This document shows, one piece after another, positions 1 through 16,067 of a DNA stretch of 64,000 nt. How positions within the stretch are numbered: position 1 is the first letter of the stretch; every line of letters starts with the position of its first letter. Made by a program: the position numbers and the translations under genes. Under the pieces are notes generated by a model that did no database searches, was not told the origin of the DNA, and saw nothing but the letters and a program-made list of their open reading frames with translations. Origin of the DNA: Neocallimastix sp. 'constans' (lineage: Eukaryota); assembly GCA_050613775.1 (NCBI GenBank), contig JBODTK010000156.1:1-64000 (forward strand). Reading direction: 5' to 3'.

Positions 1-3000
1 TAACGAAAATTAAAAATTAATTACCATCGAGTGTGATTTCAGTAATTATTTTATTATTTTTTACATTAACATGTAATAATCTTTGTTCTGTTTGAATCAT
101 CATTTCATATTCCCTACTTAATTCTGTTTTATAAAATTAATAATTACTAAAATTTCAATTTTAATTATCATTTAATAATTTTAAATAAAACTAACCAATA
201 TGAGAAATATAATCCTCATCTATATATTCTCCTTTATTTAATTGATTTTTAAAGTATTGTCCTTTTGCTTCTTTTTCATTATAGGGCTACAATAGTAAAA
301 TAAAATTAAATATTAATTATATTATAATAATTATATATATTTATAATTCTTAATTATATTTACTTTTAATATTTTATTTTTTCCTATATGTCTTGGATAT
401 CGAATTCTTGAAAAGTTAAATTCATCAAGGTTAGTTGTACTTTTTAACCCTTCTGAGACATTTGATGCTAAATCAAATACACCTACTACTGGTTTTGTAA
501 AAGCACTAAATAATATTTAATTGAAATTAATCATATGTTACAATAAATAAATTTTCATTATTAATTTAATAATATTTACCCAACAATTCCTTTTCCAACA
601 CCTTTAATTAAACCATTAAATCCGTCTTTTTGAAGACCATTCACTGGTTGTTCCTATTAATAAAAATATTTTGTTATATTATTAAATAAATATTGGTTTT
701 GTAAAATAAAGTATTAATATTTGATATTTGTACTTACAACAACGCCACTAATAGCACTAACTACACTTTTTCCTAATTGAGTTGCACCAGATGATATACC
801 ACCAATGGCATGCTTTGGTTTATTTCTAATTTAGTAGAAATATAAATTTAATATTTTTATTTAATTAATATTAAATGGAAATATATTATTTCTTATTATT
901 ATTTTTAACATACTTTACTGACATTTGCCTCTGTAAATAAAACTTTTAAAATGAAATTAATTTAATATTAAAATAATATTAAAATTTTATTATTTTAATA
1001 ATTTTTTATTATTATATATTAGTAATAATTAAATTTTTATATATATTCCAACCTTTTGATCCATTGTAGCTACTGATAAACCTTTTCCTACACTTCCAGT
1101 TATTTGAGAAACGGATGAACTTATACTTGAAATTGTTTTTAATGCAAATTTTCCAGTACCCTGTTAATTTATTTAATTTTAATTTATTTACTATTTATTC
1201 ATATAATTATTATTATAATTATTATAAGTATTTAATTATTTACAGTTGCTATTCCAATTCCGATATCTTGTGGGCGATCACCACTAAATCCTTTGATTGG
1301 CTCATAAAATATATCATATACACCTGAACTTATACTATTAAATAGATTTACAGGATTACCAATTAAATCGGCAGATCCTAAAATTTTATGTATTTGCCCT
1401 AGAATTTCCTGTGAATAATGCGTTTTTATCAAATTAAAAAGATGATTTGTATCAACTGTTGGATGTTCTAATATTAGAGCATCTAAAACGAGGGGTGCAT
1501 TATGTATATTTCCAATAGCCATTGTTAAAATATCGGCTAAATATGTAAAAATATTGATATTACTATTATTATTTCTATTAATGTTTGATTCCGTTGAATT
1601 TTCAAGAACTTCAGAATAATTTACATCTGAATCTACATGTTCAGCTCTTGCAAAAGAAATGTTAGCTTTAATTGGTTGCAATTGAAATACTTCAAAGTAT
1701 AATTTATTATTATCTTCAAATATCATATTACTGATATCTGATTGTTCATCATTAAAATTATTATTAATATTTTTCTTTTGCAAAGAACTAAAATTCATAA
1801 ATTCAATTAATGAATATAATAATTCCTCATCAAGTTTTAATGAAAATTCTTGAATTAATGAATTAAAATATTCAAAATAATTTAAACCATATTTTGAACT
1901 TTTGCATTTTGAAAAAGATAATTTAATAATAGGAAGTATTTCTTTATTATTATTATTATAATGCATTACTGGACATAAAATTACATCTTCTAATGCATTA
2001 TAGAGTTGATTATCAAGTTGAATATATTTAATTGTCATTTTAGCTTTTTGAAAAAGTTCTTCTTCTTTAAACTCTAATACAATATCTTTCATTGATAAAT
2101 ATAAAAATTCTTTAATTTCATTATTAATAAATGAAATACCTATATCTGATAATAAAATATTTAAATTAAACTTTTGTATATTTTTAGTGTTTTCAACTTT
2201 TGTGATTTTTTTATTAAGGGTACTAATTTCCTGAATTTTAATAATTAAAATTGGTCCTTCATAACTTTTCTGAATAATAATATTCCCTAATGATCTTTTC
2301 TCTTTAATTATTTCAATTGGTGCATTTTGTTTAATATCTAAAATATTAATCTCAAATTTCATTCCATAAATTTCCATTATAATAATTTTTGATGGATCAC
2401 AAGGATTATCTAATGCAAAGGAATTACAATTATTAGGTAAAATTTTGTATCTTTTCTTCGCGTTCTTTAAGTATATTAATATATTTTATTTAAATTATAA
2501 TAAAATTAAAAATTCTAATTATTATAATTAAAATTATTTTAATTATTTTAAAAATTATATTATTATTTACCTTTTGATAAATTATTATTTCATCCTTATA
2601 TTCATTAATAATTTTTATTGGCCATATTAATGCTTTTGTTAATGAAATATAAATAGTAGCATTTTTTAAAATAATACTAACTTTGATTAAGTCTTCCTTA
2701 CAATAATTAGTTCTTATTAATTTTAAATAATAAGTTCCAATACTATCAATATTTATTAAAGATGTCCATTCATTTTCTTCATTTAATAAACGTAAACATA
2801 TATTCTTTTTCTTTGTATTCAAAATTTTATTAAGATATATACTTGAAAAACCTTTAATTTTGTATTCATATTGACTTTCATCTTGCTTTATTAGTAAATC
2901 ATCTTCTAAATTATTAATTATTATATATCTAGGAGAAATTGTTACAATTTTAACTTTATGATATTTTCCCTGACTTTCAGTAACATTAACACCTAACTCA

Positions 3001-6000
3001 ATTTTATTATTATTTGCTAATGGAATATCTACATTGTACGAACCTCCAACTGCTTCAAAACTAATAGGTCTACTTAACTCTGAACTAGAAGTTTTTAAAT
3101 ATACTCTATTAGAAATAAATTGATTATTATATGAAAAGAGGTTAGGAACTAATTTTCCAATTACACATTTATTTAAAGGTAAATTATTTAATGTAGTATT
3201 AGTATTTATAATTTTTTTAGGTATAATAGTAATATCTAATTCACTTTTATTATATATTATATACGGACTCATAATTGAAATTCTTTTGGTTCCAGTTTTT
3301 AAATTTAAATAAATAAGGGTTAATTTTAATTCAAATCCAGCTGGATTGTACAATATAATATATTTATCAGTAGAGCCAAATTTATTATTAATTATACATT
3401 TTTCTTTTTGTTGAAAATCAATAATATCAATACTAAGACTTAAATTATTATTAGTATTACATTCATATATTGAATAACTTTTTTCTGGGTAAATAAAAGA
3501 ATCAATTAATACATTCTTATTATTATCAGCAATTACATCAAATTTTAATGAACATGGTAATAAATTTTCAATTTCAAATGGTGGTACTATTGTAAATATC
3601 ATATTTAAATGTTTTTGTAATCTATTTTTAGTAGTTTCATTATATATTTTAAAATAAAACATGTTATTATTATTTATAGTACTACTACAATTTAAATCTA
3701 TAGTATTTGCTTCTTCAAAATTATTCCAATTGAATGCTTCATTACACCAATTATACAATTTATCTTTTTCATCTTTTGGTCTTACTTTTATTCTTCCATT
3801 AAATGTATCTGTTATTGGAATATAAAAATCCTCCATAGGTCCAACACTATATTGAGTTGTCTTATAATTAAGAATTAAAATGTCTAAATTTAAATTTGTT
3901 CTATTTCTTAGAATTGATGAAGATCTAAATGTAACATATTTAATATTCTCAATAACTTTAATATCAACTACAAGTACATATATAATATTTATTACAGGTC
4001 TTAATATATAAGAAATTGTTTTTTCTTGATCAACAGGAATGGATTTTATTGTTTCCCATAAATCTGTTTTAATCTGAATATTTAATTTATTTTCTATAAT
4101 TTTTTCTCTTTCACGCATTTCTCTCCAATTGGTAAATTTTATTTTTAATTCATCATTATTTTTTAATTCAACTAATTTTATATCTAAATTTGCTTCTTTA
4201 CTTTCTGTCCATATAATAATGTCACTTCCTGTCCTATTTCTCAAAATATATGGATATGTTTCAATTTTACGACTTTCAAGATTACGATTTTTCTTGTTAT
4301 TTAAATTTGAAATTGTATTTAATAAACTATTTATTGTATTATGGCATATATTAATATTGAGTTTATCTTTTGTAGTTAAATCACAATTAAATTCTGAATT
4401 TGCGTCTTGTCTTTTTATATTTACATCAAGTTTCCATGGTTCAACAACTGGTTCCCAATGTGAATTTTTTATATTAAAGAAATTTAATTCTATTGGTAGA
4501 GTCACTTGAGCATCCAAAGAAGTTGACCAATTTTCAAGAGTAAAAGTAAATTCATCTATTTTTCCATCAAGAGTTTGAATATGAAGTCCTTTTATATCAT
4601 CGATTAAAATTACATGAATTCCTTCACAATGCAATAAAAATTTTTCTTGTCTCATATTTAAATTTGAAGACTGATTCAAATTTTTATTTTTATTATTTAT
4701 TAATGTTTTATTTTTTTCGCTTGAATTAGAATTTTTTAAATATTTATTCATTTTGCTATAAATTTTTTCAAAAAGAAAAAAATCCCAGTATGATATTCTT
4801 AATTCCAAGAAACTAAGATGTAATTTTAGTTTTAATAAATGATCTGATATGGAATCTCGGTTCTCAATTGAAATCATTATATTAAAATTAGAAATTAATC
4901 TTAATGACGTGTTTTCTCTATCTTCAAAATCACATAGAAATGCACCTTGATTGAAATTTAATCGTATAAATTAAATATATCATTCATTATTAATTAATAA
5001 TAATAATAATAATAATAACAATAATAAATAAATAAATAAATAAATAAAAATTAAACAAAAAATAAATAAATAAATATATATATATATATGTAAAACAATA
5101 TCATTTATTATAATGATTTATATTATTGATATAAATACCTATTTCTTCTACATAAAATTCTGTAATTTCATTATCCAAAATCTTTACTTTTGATGCAGAT
5201 AAAACAACAGCTTCGGTATTATATAATTCATAATTTTCTAATAATATTATTTCTGGATTATTAACTAAAATATTTAATCTTATTTTTTCCTTATTTTCAA
5301 TATTATTATTTTCATAATTGAATTCATTATTTTTAATGGGTGATGAATTTTCGTTTTCATTTTTATTATTTTTTTCATTTGATATTTTTTCTTGAATATT
5401 AATAATTGAAACATTCATTGGATTTAAGAAAAAGTCCTTTAATTCGAATAAAGTATTTAAAGCAAATATAATTTTTGGATTATTTAATTGGATTTTTAAT
5501 GAAGAATCTTTATTATTACATCTTTTGAAATTAATATAAGCTAATTTTTTTTGATTTTCCAGGGATTCCTCAACAGACTTCGATGAAACAACCATTTTTG
5601 GAATAATTTCACGATATGCACATTTATGATTTAAACATATGTCATTCATTGATAATGACGTTATATCAGCTTCTATATTTATATCGTTATTATTGGATAT
5701 TGTTATACTAACTTGTGATCTATCAATCTGGAATGATGTATGACCAATTTCTTTTAAGTCAATAACACCATATGCATCACCTAAGAACGTCTCCAATTTA
5801 ATAAGAGGAATTTTCAAATACATATAAAACTTTTTATTATATGAATTATCATCAGTCTTAATATAATTTTTATTTTCTAATATTTTATTATTAATTGTTG
5901 AATTTAAATGTATATTATTATGTGAAATTGATTTAAATAAATTTTCATCATTTTTTATATAAGAATTATATAAATTACTTAATGATGATTTTTTATTATC

Positions 6001-8735
6001 TTCGTTAAATTTAAATATACTATGATATAACTCAATAATGTAAAGATATTGTTTTTCTGTTAATTGAATATTAATTTCATTAACTTTACTAATTACCTAT
6101 AATTATTCATAATATTTTTCAATAAGTATATTATTAGTTTTAATATAATTATTAATAAAAAAAAATTATTATTTAATAATATATAATATTTATATACTTC
6201 TATTCTTGGAACATCATAGTCTCTAATTATGTCAGAAATTGTAATTATTAGATTTATATTAAAATCTTTCAATATTTGCAATATTTGCTCATTATTTTCA
6301 AAATAATAATGTGAAAAAGCTTTTATAGAATTAATACCAATATTAAATTTATTAGGAATTATGTTTTCCATGATTGCATTATTATGGATATTTTGTGGTG
6401 AATTATTTAAAGATTCATTCTTAATACAAATTTCCCCTAAATATATCTTTAAACTATCTTTTATTTTTAAAGAACTTTCTGGAAATTCAATAATAGGTGT
6501 TTGAACTTCTATGTCAACAACTATTTTACTTGTATTTTCTTTAATTTGAGATGCGGATTGTATAGCTTGATCTTTTGCAGTTTCAAAGAGCTCTTTCATT
6601 TCATTAAAAAATTCATACAAATCAGTAATTAAAGGGCTCAAATGAGTATAATGAACGGTATCGCCACGTAAAAATAAATTAATATCATATCCTGGATAAT
6701 TTTCTTTATCAAATGGATCATATTTAATAAATTTAAAGTCTAGTGCTTTATTTCCTTTTGTACTTAATAATTCATAATAATGTCTGCCATTTTCTATCCT
6801 TTGAACATTATCTACAATTAATATATCTTCTAATTGACCTGTAACATATAATTTATGCTGTTGTGTATAAATTGTAATTTCTCCAGAATGTACATTACAT
6901 GTTGCAATTTTGAATTTACCATTATTTGCAATTAAATTAATAGCTTTCAAAGATACTCTTATAAGCATTGTATTACTATTATTTAGATGTGGCGATTTAT
7001 CAATATTATGAATAACTTCATTTTGATTATTATTTTTTAAATTATTATTATTAACAAATGTTCTCATTATAAACACATACATCTCCATTACATTTTTAGT
7101 TGAAATATATAAATCTAATGCTGCAAGATTAAAATCTATTCTTCTTTCAATTCCATGATATTTCATTAAATATTCCGGTGAGTTTGGTCTTACATCAAAA
7201 TATTCAATTGATACTAATGGTTTTTCTTGGTTTAACGTTGCATTATTATCAGGATTAGAAGCAACTAAGATTTTTCTAAATTCAGAATTTAATTCCTGTG
7301 AACTATCATCTACAATAATATTTTCAATTTTAGTAATTATTTTTGTGTCAAATAAACGTTTAATAAGAACAAAATTTGTATTAATGAGAACCATATTAGC
7401 TAATAATTTAACATTATCACTTTCTTTAATATGTTCTCCAACTTTAACATTTATTTTCCTAATATTGAAATTAAATTCTAAATCAGATATTGAATAAAAG
7501 TCTGTTTCATTTCTCTTAAATTCTTCTTTACTATCGAAAAATTCATCATCTTCAGAAAAAATTGAATTTGTTTCATCTGTTATTAAATTAAAGAACGATA
7601 ATTTTGACGATGTATAATTTTCAACTTCAGATACATTATTTTTATTAAATAATGATAATATATTTGACATTGTATTCTTAAATTTTTATTAAATTGTAAT
7701 ACATATTTTTAAAGAAAGATAAGAAAGACTTATTTTATATTATTAAATAAATAAAATATAATCTATAAATAAATAATACTAACCATTAAAATTGTATATT
7801 TTTCGTCTGTAAAATTTAACACTAACTCATTTAAGTTACCATTAATCTTACATTGCGGTAAATCTGTATTGTTCTTAGGTAGAATACAACTTTCCAAAAT
7901 AAAAGAAATATTTGTATTTTCAATAATATCATAATTTGCTAGATTTGAACTTGTTGCAATATCTGTTTCGAATTTTTCAAATGATTTTCCTGCTAAAATC
8001 TATTTTATATAAAATATTATAATAATAGTATTTTTTTGTTTTTCATTTTATTCATAATAAAATATAATTAATATTATAATATTTATAAAAATATAAATTA
8101 AATTTTAAGTATAAATTTTATATATTACTTGAACAGAATTAAGTTCTATTTGAAATTTATCATAGATCAATGAATTTAATGTTTTTTCTTCATCATTAGT
8201 TAATATTTGACCTATTTTATTTTGCAAAAATTCTTTCGTTTCCTTATCAATCATATTACTTTTTATAATTAATTTACCAGCATCCATAATTAAAAAGTCT
8301 GTGCAATCTCTATATAATATTTTTAAAAAATTTTTAATTAATTCGTTTTTTTCTTTTAAATAATTATATTAATATTTAAATATTGAGTACTTCTGTTTAA
8401 ACAAAAATATAGGAGCCTCAATATCAATTTTCAAATCAAACGTTTTGCGAGTCATTAATAAATAATCTAAGCCTGCCCTTGTCTGTGATTTAATTTTTTC
8501 AAATGTAGTTTCTGCTACATTCTAAAAGTGTATATATTTTCATTAAAAAATTAAAAGAACAAATAAATCAAATAATATTATATATATATATATAATTTTA
8601 ATGAATGATAAATTATAAAATTTGATTATTATTATTATTATTATTATTATTATAATTAGAATTACTATTATTGTTAATTATTATTGTTATTATTATTATA
8701 ATTATTATAACTATTATTATTATAATTAGAATTAC

Positions 8736-8766
<31 letters not shown>

Positions 8767-11700
8767 TACTTTCACAGTTATTAAAATTTCTGGCTGAATT
8801 ATTGGTCTTGATACAAATTTAATAAGATTATCTATTATATCATAATTGTAATTTACTTGTAATGGTTTCATTTCAACTAACAATGAACAATCAATGTTTT
8901 TATCGATTGGTTTATTTTCGAAAGAAACATGTAAAAATATTGATTCTTTTGTATCCTTAATATCTCTTTTACAATTAAATTAATATAAATTAAAAAATTA
9001 TAACTATTAATTTTAAAATAATAATCACTTAATAATATATTTTATACAATACCCTTCAATAATACTTTTTGTATTTTTAGCTTTAATTAATTCAGAAAAT
9101 ATTGAATTATTATTTATGCTATCTTTTAAAATAAAATTACCAATCTTAATATCAGTTTTAAGAGATGTTGGCCTTTGTATTAAATCGAGAATACAATTAT
9201 CCATATTCGAATATAATATATTTATTGGTACTTCACTATGTGGTTGTTGAATTAATGTTAAGGAACCACGTTTTAAATTAAATACTAAATTTAACATGAT
9301 AAACTATTTATTTTTAATTAATTAACTATTAATGAATTATATATATATTATATTCAAATTAATAAATAAATTTACATCTAATGGTAAGTCCTCTTTTCTT
9401 AATTCAAAATCTGGATCAAAATCAATTGCCTGATATATTAATTTAATATCTTCATCAGTTAAAATCTGAATTTCCTAATTTATATATTATTAATAATTAA
9501 ATATAACTATGAGCAATAAATAATTATAATATAATAATAAATATAATAATAATAAATATAATAATAATAATAATTATAATAATAATTATAATAATTGAAA
9601 CAATAATATTTGAATTATTATTTTAAATATAAACCTCTTTTGATTCGTTTTCTTGTTTATTCCACCAGCTTTTTAACCAACTTTTTTTTTGAATATTAGT
9701 TTGCTGTAACTGCTTAAGATTAACTATACCAATTATTTATATAAATTTCATTTAATATTTTATTTACGTTTGATTTCAATAATTTTAATGATATATTTTA
9801 TAATATACCTGAATTATTCGTTTTTAATATACTTTTTGTTAGATTTCTATAATATTTAATATCATCAAATGATAATTTTTTTTCTAAATCCTTTAATTCT
9901 TCTTGAATCTATAATTAAACTATTATTTTAATGACATTAAGATTTATATTAAAATTAATTAGTAATAATATTACTTACAGTTTGATTAACATTTCCTAGT
10001 AATATTTTTTGATATAATTTTATATATAATCGTCGATCATCTCTACGTTCTTTAAAATAAGCCCAGGAAAATTTACGATTCTTTTTATGAATTTCATGGA
10101 GAACACAATTTCCTATATATAATAGTATAATAGTAATGATAAAACAATTAAATAATAAAATTTATATGAAAAAAGTTTTTTAAATATTAAAAATTAATTT
10201 ACCAAAATATTTAAACCATTCAAGTGGATGAGATTTAGGTGTCATAGTTCGTGGAGGTCTAAATTTAAGATACTAGATAAATTTTTAATTTTTTAATAGA
10301 TTATTCTTTTATTTAGATATATGATATTTCAAAAATGTATTAATATATAAAAGATTTATTAATACTTTTTCATGTTTTTTAAAATTTGAAATATTTTCAA
10401 TTAATAACCAAATATTTTGATATTGTTCTTCATCAATAATTAATCCAAATTCCTCAAGAATAATGCTTATTTTTGTCATAAGTCGATTAACGTTTGTGTT
10501 TTTATTCATCGAAAGCTTTAATTTAATTTAATAAATTTAGAATTTATCTTATTTAAAATATTATTATATTACATTAATAATTAATAATTAATACCTTTCC
10601 TGTTCCAGAAACTGGTTTTAATATAAATTGAATAGAAGTAGTACTAAAATCAATTTTCTTAAAAGTAATAAATAATATAAATTTCATTTATACTTTAGGT
10701 AAATATTAAATGTAGTTTATACTATATATTTAAAATTTACCATCATTTCAAAAAAATCATATGATTCCCTATTTGAAAACATTTCAGAATTTGTATTCCA
10801 ATACATTGATAATCCCTCTAAACTCAATAACTATATTATTAAATCAATTGAATATGATTAATAGATAGTTATTACATTTTACACTTTTATAATTATTATT
10901 TTACCTTATATGTTGTATTACTTTCTTTAATAAATCCTTTTTTCCACTGTTCATTGCTAGAACAAGCCGCCAGTTGAGAAATTGTAAGGCCAATTGAAAA
11001 TGGAGACTAATATAATTTTGAGTTAATATATATTATTTAAAATTTACACATTAAAAAATATAATTAAAGATTTATAAAATATTTTACTTCAGGATTGCTG
11101 TGTTGATCCTCATAACGAATATGAATATTACTTATTGATATTTGTAAATTATCAATAATTTTTGCCATAAGTTGGGTCATATAAGTTTCTTGCTTTTCTT
11201 TTATAAAGAAATTAAAGTTTTTTTTAAAAATTGTAATTCTATATTATCTTTCAATTTCTATTTGTATATAAAAAAAAATATTTTTTATAGTATTATTATA
11301 CTCACCATCACTATTTTTCATTTCAAATTCCTCCAATTCCATTCTTTTAATTTTTTCAAATTTATGCCTAAGAAGCTCTTGTTTTTCCAATTCCTCATTA
11401 TACTAAAAAAAAAAATAAATAATAAATAATATATCTATTAAAATACTATTTCATATTCATTATTTAATAATACCTCAGTTTCTGCTTTTGGAACTGCCAA
11501 TAATAAAACATCCTTTATATGTAAATTAACTGGGGTATTCTTGAAATCTGACCATGAAAAATTTAACACTAATTCACCAAGAAACCCTTTAATTTTAAAA
11601 TTTATTGAATGTAAATATTATTTATATTATAATATTTCAATATAATCTATTACATTTAATATATATATAAATATATTATTTACCTTCAAAAACATCAATT

Positions 11701-11968
11701 GGTAAATCTAATTCATTTAAAGCATCTTTTCTTAATCTTAAATTTTGTAAAACAACATCGCCTTTATCATAATATATTTATATATTTCAATAAAAAAGAT
11801 TATTAATTTCACAATATAATAAAATGAAATATATATATATATATAATTGTAACAGAAATTGAAATTAAGACCTTTCCATACAGAAATTGATAATTGATTC
11901 GAATCAAGATTATCAACATACTTCCCAATTAATTTATTTAATAGTGATGCTACAACTCCCTCAAACAT
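1..11968 (-). CDS. VPS13: Vacuolar protein sorting 13 (bridge-like lipid transfer protein), multi-exon, 3' end runs off the window
   Basis: Starts MFEGVVASLLNKLIGKYVDNLDSNQLSISVWKG (chorein-N signature). Large exons 6093-7670, 5101-5823, 2490-4877 (NFFNIKNSHWEPVVEPW, then VAB/SHR-BD-like repeats) and 1232-2377 (IQLDNQL...KILGSADLIGNPVNLFNSISSGVYDIFYEP). Small C-terminal exons lie below 1170. Span includes introns. Confidence 0.95.
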
Positions 11969-12535
11969 TGAAAAAAAAAAAAAAAGTTTTAATAATAAAA
12001 AATAAAAAAAAGATTATGCTATGTAACAAAGTTTTATGTTTACTTTATTACCAAAACACTTATATTTTTTTTTTAGCAAAAGAAGAGAATACACTTTATT
12101 AATTTATTTATTTATTATTAAATGGTATTAAAATATTAATTAAATAAATGAAAATTTATTAAAACTTATATATATATATACATTAAATCTTAACATATAA
12201 ATAAAATTTTATTATATAACAAAATTAATTACTTTGAATGATGTAAATTACACAAAATCAAAGTTTAATCATAAAATTATATAAAATTTTTAATTAAATA
12301 AAAAGACATTCTAACTGAAAAAAAAAACTTACTTCATATTTATTTATTTTATTTTTTTAATAATATTTACATATTTTTAAATATTAATTAAAAAAATTTT
12401 TATTTTATTATTTAAATTCTATTTAACATTATCATAATAAAAAAAAAAAAAAAAAAAAAAAGGAAAAAAAAATTATGTTATATTTTTTATTAATATTATT
12501 TTAGTATTAATAAAATCAAATAAAAGCAGAATTAT

Positions 12536-14405
12536 TTATTCAATTTTTTGTCTTTTTTTCATATTTTCTTCTTCTTGTTGTGCTCTTTTAGCATCTAATA
12601 CTTCTTTTCTTAAATTTTCAATTGTCATATACTTGGATATATCATTATTTTCACCTAAATTATTATTATTATTATTATTAGTAGTAGTACTAGTAGTAAT
12701 AGTTATAGTAGTATTTGTAGTACAAAATTATTTAATGTTTCATACATTCATCAGTATCTTCGAAGAATTCCAATTCTTTATCAGTTAAATATTCAACAGG
12801 TGAAAACTTTTTAAATATATTTAAATAAAACTCTAATTATAGCTTTATATAAAATATTGACGTAATTATATTAATAAATACCTTAGATATAATATTAATT
12901 ATATTTTTAGTTTTTGAGTCAACAAAATTTGTAATCCATAATCTACCAATGTTATCAAAAGCCATATCTAAAATCATATTTTCAGTATCAATTGTATTTT
13001 TTATTTTCAATTTACCTTCAATAACATTAAAAAGAAATATTAGAGGTAACCTATTATAAATTTAATAATATTTAATATTTTAATTTAAAATATATTAAAT
13101 ATTTAAAATTATAAATAATTATATTATTTTATACTTTTCGAAGCAAACTGCTATAAGATTTGATTTTGAATAACTTGTTATTTCTTTAACATTATATGAT
13201 TCAATAGAATTTAAATTATTGTTCTATAAAAAATTAATTAATATAGTTAATAAATTATGAATAAAAAAAAAAAATACATATATAATATATAACAATTTAT
13301 TTGATTATAAATATATAACTTTAATTGCTTCTTCAATCAATGATTTAATATCAATTTTTTGAATGATTTTAGCATTAATAAAATCCCATAAATACAAATA
13401 ATCATCACCACCACCTGATAATAATAATTTATCATTATTTGGAATGAAAGTCATTTTTGAAATATATCTAAATTATTTAAAAAAATTTAATAATAAGTAC
13501 TTATAATTCAAATTATCAATATTACTATAAACTTTTTTTGAAAAAAAAAAAAATATATATATATATATATATATTTAATAATTTATATGTTATAAATAAA
13601 AACTTATATAATTACTCTTTATGTCCTAAACAGTAATTACTAATAACATATGTTTTAGGGTAATGGGTTATTCTTATTTTTTCATCTCTATCAGAAGTTA
13701 AAACGTACTTTTCATCACTTGATAATAATATATCAGTTAACATTGATACATGTCCTAACATTAATTCACCTTCTTCAATTGAGCTATTAACTGTATATCT
13801 AAATGCAAAGTTATAAATATTAATAAATATACAAACCAACATTTTGAATAAATAATGACATATGTATTACCGATAAACATCACCAAAACCATCTGCTACC
13901 AAAATTTTCTTTCCATTTTTTTCAAAAATAATTGAATTTACTTTTTTTGGGGTATTTCTTTAAATGTTTAATTTATAAATAATAATATTTAAAATAAATT
14001 TCAAAATATTAATATTAAGTATTTGTATTTTTAAAAATATTAAAAATAAGTTTAAATTACTTTATTGATATGCATCTACCAATTTTAACATCCCAAAATT
14101 TTAATTTCTTATCATCTGAAGCTACAGCTAATACTGTTGCATCATTATTAAAAGCAATTGATCTTACGAATGAATTATTGTTTTCACCTTGAATTAACAC
14201 AATAGTTTCATTTGTGCTATTAAAAAAAAAAAAAATCAATTACATAATTTTTTAATATAAATGTCTTTTTATATAAAGAAAACGAAATAAAATAAAATTT
14301 AATATTGATTCCATATTACCTTAAATTTTTTATTTTTATTTTATTATTGAAAACCAAAGCTATATGATCTTTAGAATATTTTATTATATGATAAGGAACC
14401 TTCAT
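12536..14405 (-). CDS. TRM82: tRNA m7G46 methyltransferase non-catalytic WD40 subunit (Trm82/WDR4), multi-exon
   Basis: Exon peptides [23 protein letters not shown] and [48 protein letters not shown] match the Trm82/WDR4 pattern. ATG at 14405 (MKVPYH) and TAA at 12536 read by eye. Confidence 0.88.
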
Positions 14406-14745
14406 TTCTATTATTTTTCTTTTTTTTTATAAAACTTAATAGACTTTTTTACTTCGTAAAAAAATATATAATATACTGATTAAGAGCTTTTGAACCAATC
14501 ATAACAAAATTAAATTTTTATAAATTTTATTTATTATATTAAAAATAAATATAAATATAAATTTATTAAAAAATATTTATTTTAAAAAAATATTTGAAAA
14601 TGTATTAAAAATATTTTAATGTTTTTTTATATAACTATTCATATATTATAAATATTTAAATACTAATATTACTTTTATTATGAATTAATTCTTTTTAAAA
14701 AATGGTTACTTTAATTTAATTAAACTTTTTAAATAGAATATATTA

Positions 14746-16008
14746 ATGTCGAAGTCAGAAAAGCTTTATTTAAATTTTCCATACAAAGTAATATATATAT
14801 ATATTGTTAATAAAATAAAATATATATTGTATTGTTATAAAATATATTATTATGAATAAAATTAAAGAATTTTAAATTTTTTTTTTTTTTTTTTTTGGAA
14901 GAAAATTAATTAAATAAATATATTATTATATAATATTAATAAGATTGAGGAATTACATTGGAATGAAAATCATACAAGAAATAAAGAGAATATTTATTGT
15001 TACTGCGGAAAAAATATTAAAGAGTAAATAAAGAAAACAACAAATATTTAATAAATTTATTATTATTAATTGTATTTTATGTGTATAATTATATATAATT
15101 AAGAAATGAATCATTTATAAAATGTCAAAAATGTGGACAATTATTTCATTCAAGTAATTACTTAAATATTAATTTTAATAACTATAAATAAATAAATAAA
15201 TAAACTTCTATAAATTCTTAAATATAAAATTATATATATATATATATATTTTTTTTCTATTATTATGTTTTTATTTTCTTTATAGAATGTATTAAAACAC
15301 TAAAACAACCTCATCTATTTGGTGACGTATATTATTATTTTAAATGTTCAGTTTGTAATAAAGGAAAAGAAATATATAAAAGAAACGATATTAGTTGGTA
15401 AATTTAACTTTTTTTTAATATTGGAATTTCTTTTTTTTTTTTTTTTTGTTTTAATTAAATATTATTTACTTAATTGTATATTTTTATACAATTTATATAG
15501 GATAACTTGTTTATATTTAGTAATTTATAATATAGTTAAAAGCAGGAAAGATAATAATATTAATAAAAATATTGAGAAAAATTATTATTGTCGATTTAAA
15601 GAAGATATATGTAATTATATTGATAATAACTGGGAATACTTTTTCCCTAACAAATTTCGTAAGTATAATTATTTATATCAAAAAATATAATATTAATTTA
15701 TATTGATATTAAAAGTAATTTAACATAAATAAAGGTCCTTTAGAATGGGTTAATATAATAAATAACACTCTTTTATCAAATCCAACTATATTTATATCAG
15801 AAACAAAAAGTAGTAATCACATTAAATAATAAATCATTAATAAATTTACTTTTTGTTTTATAATTATTATTAAAATTTATTAAAAATGATTTTTTTTAGC
15901 ATTAATTTAAATATATATATATCTTTATCATTTTATTAGATTGTTGGACTTTAAAATCTTTTGATATAATTGAATTTGAAAAAAGTAAGAAACTATTATT
16001 TTAAAGGC

Positions 16009-16067
<59 letters not shown>

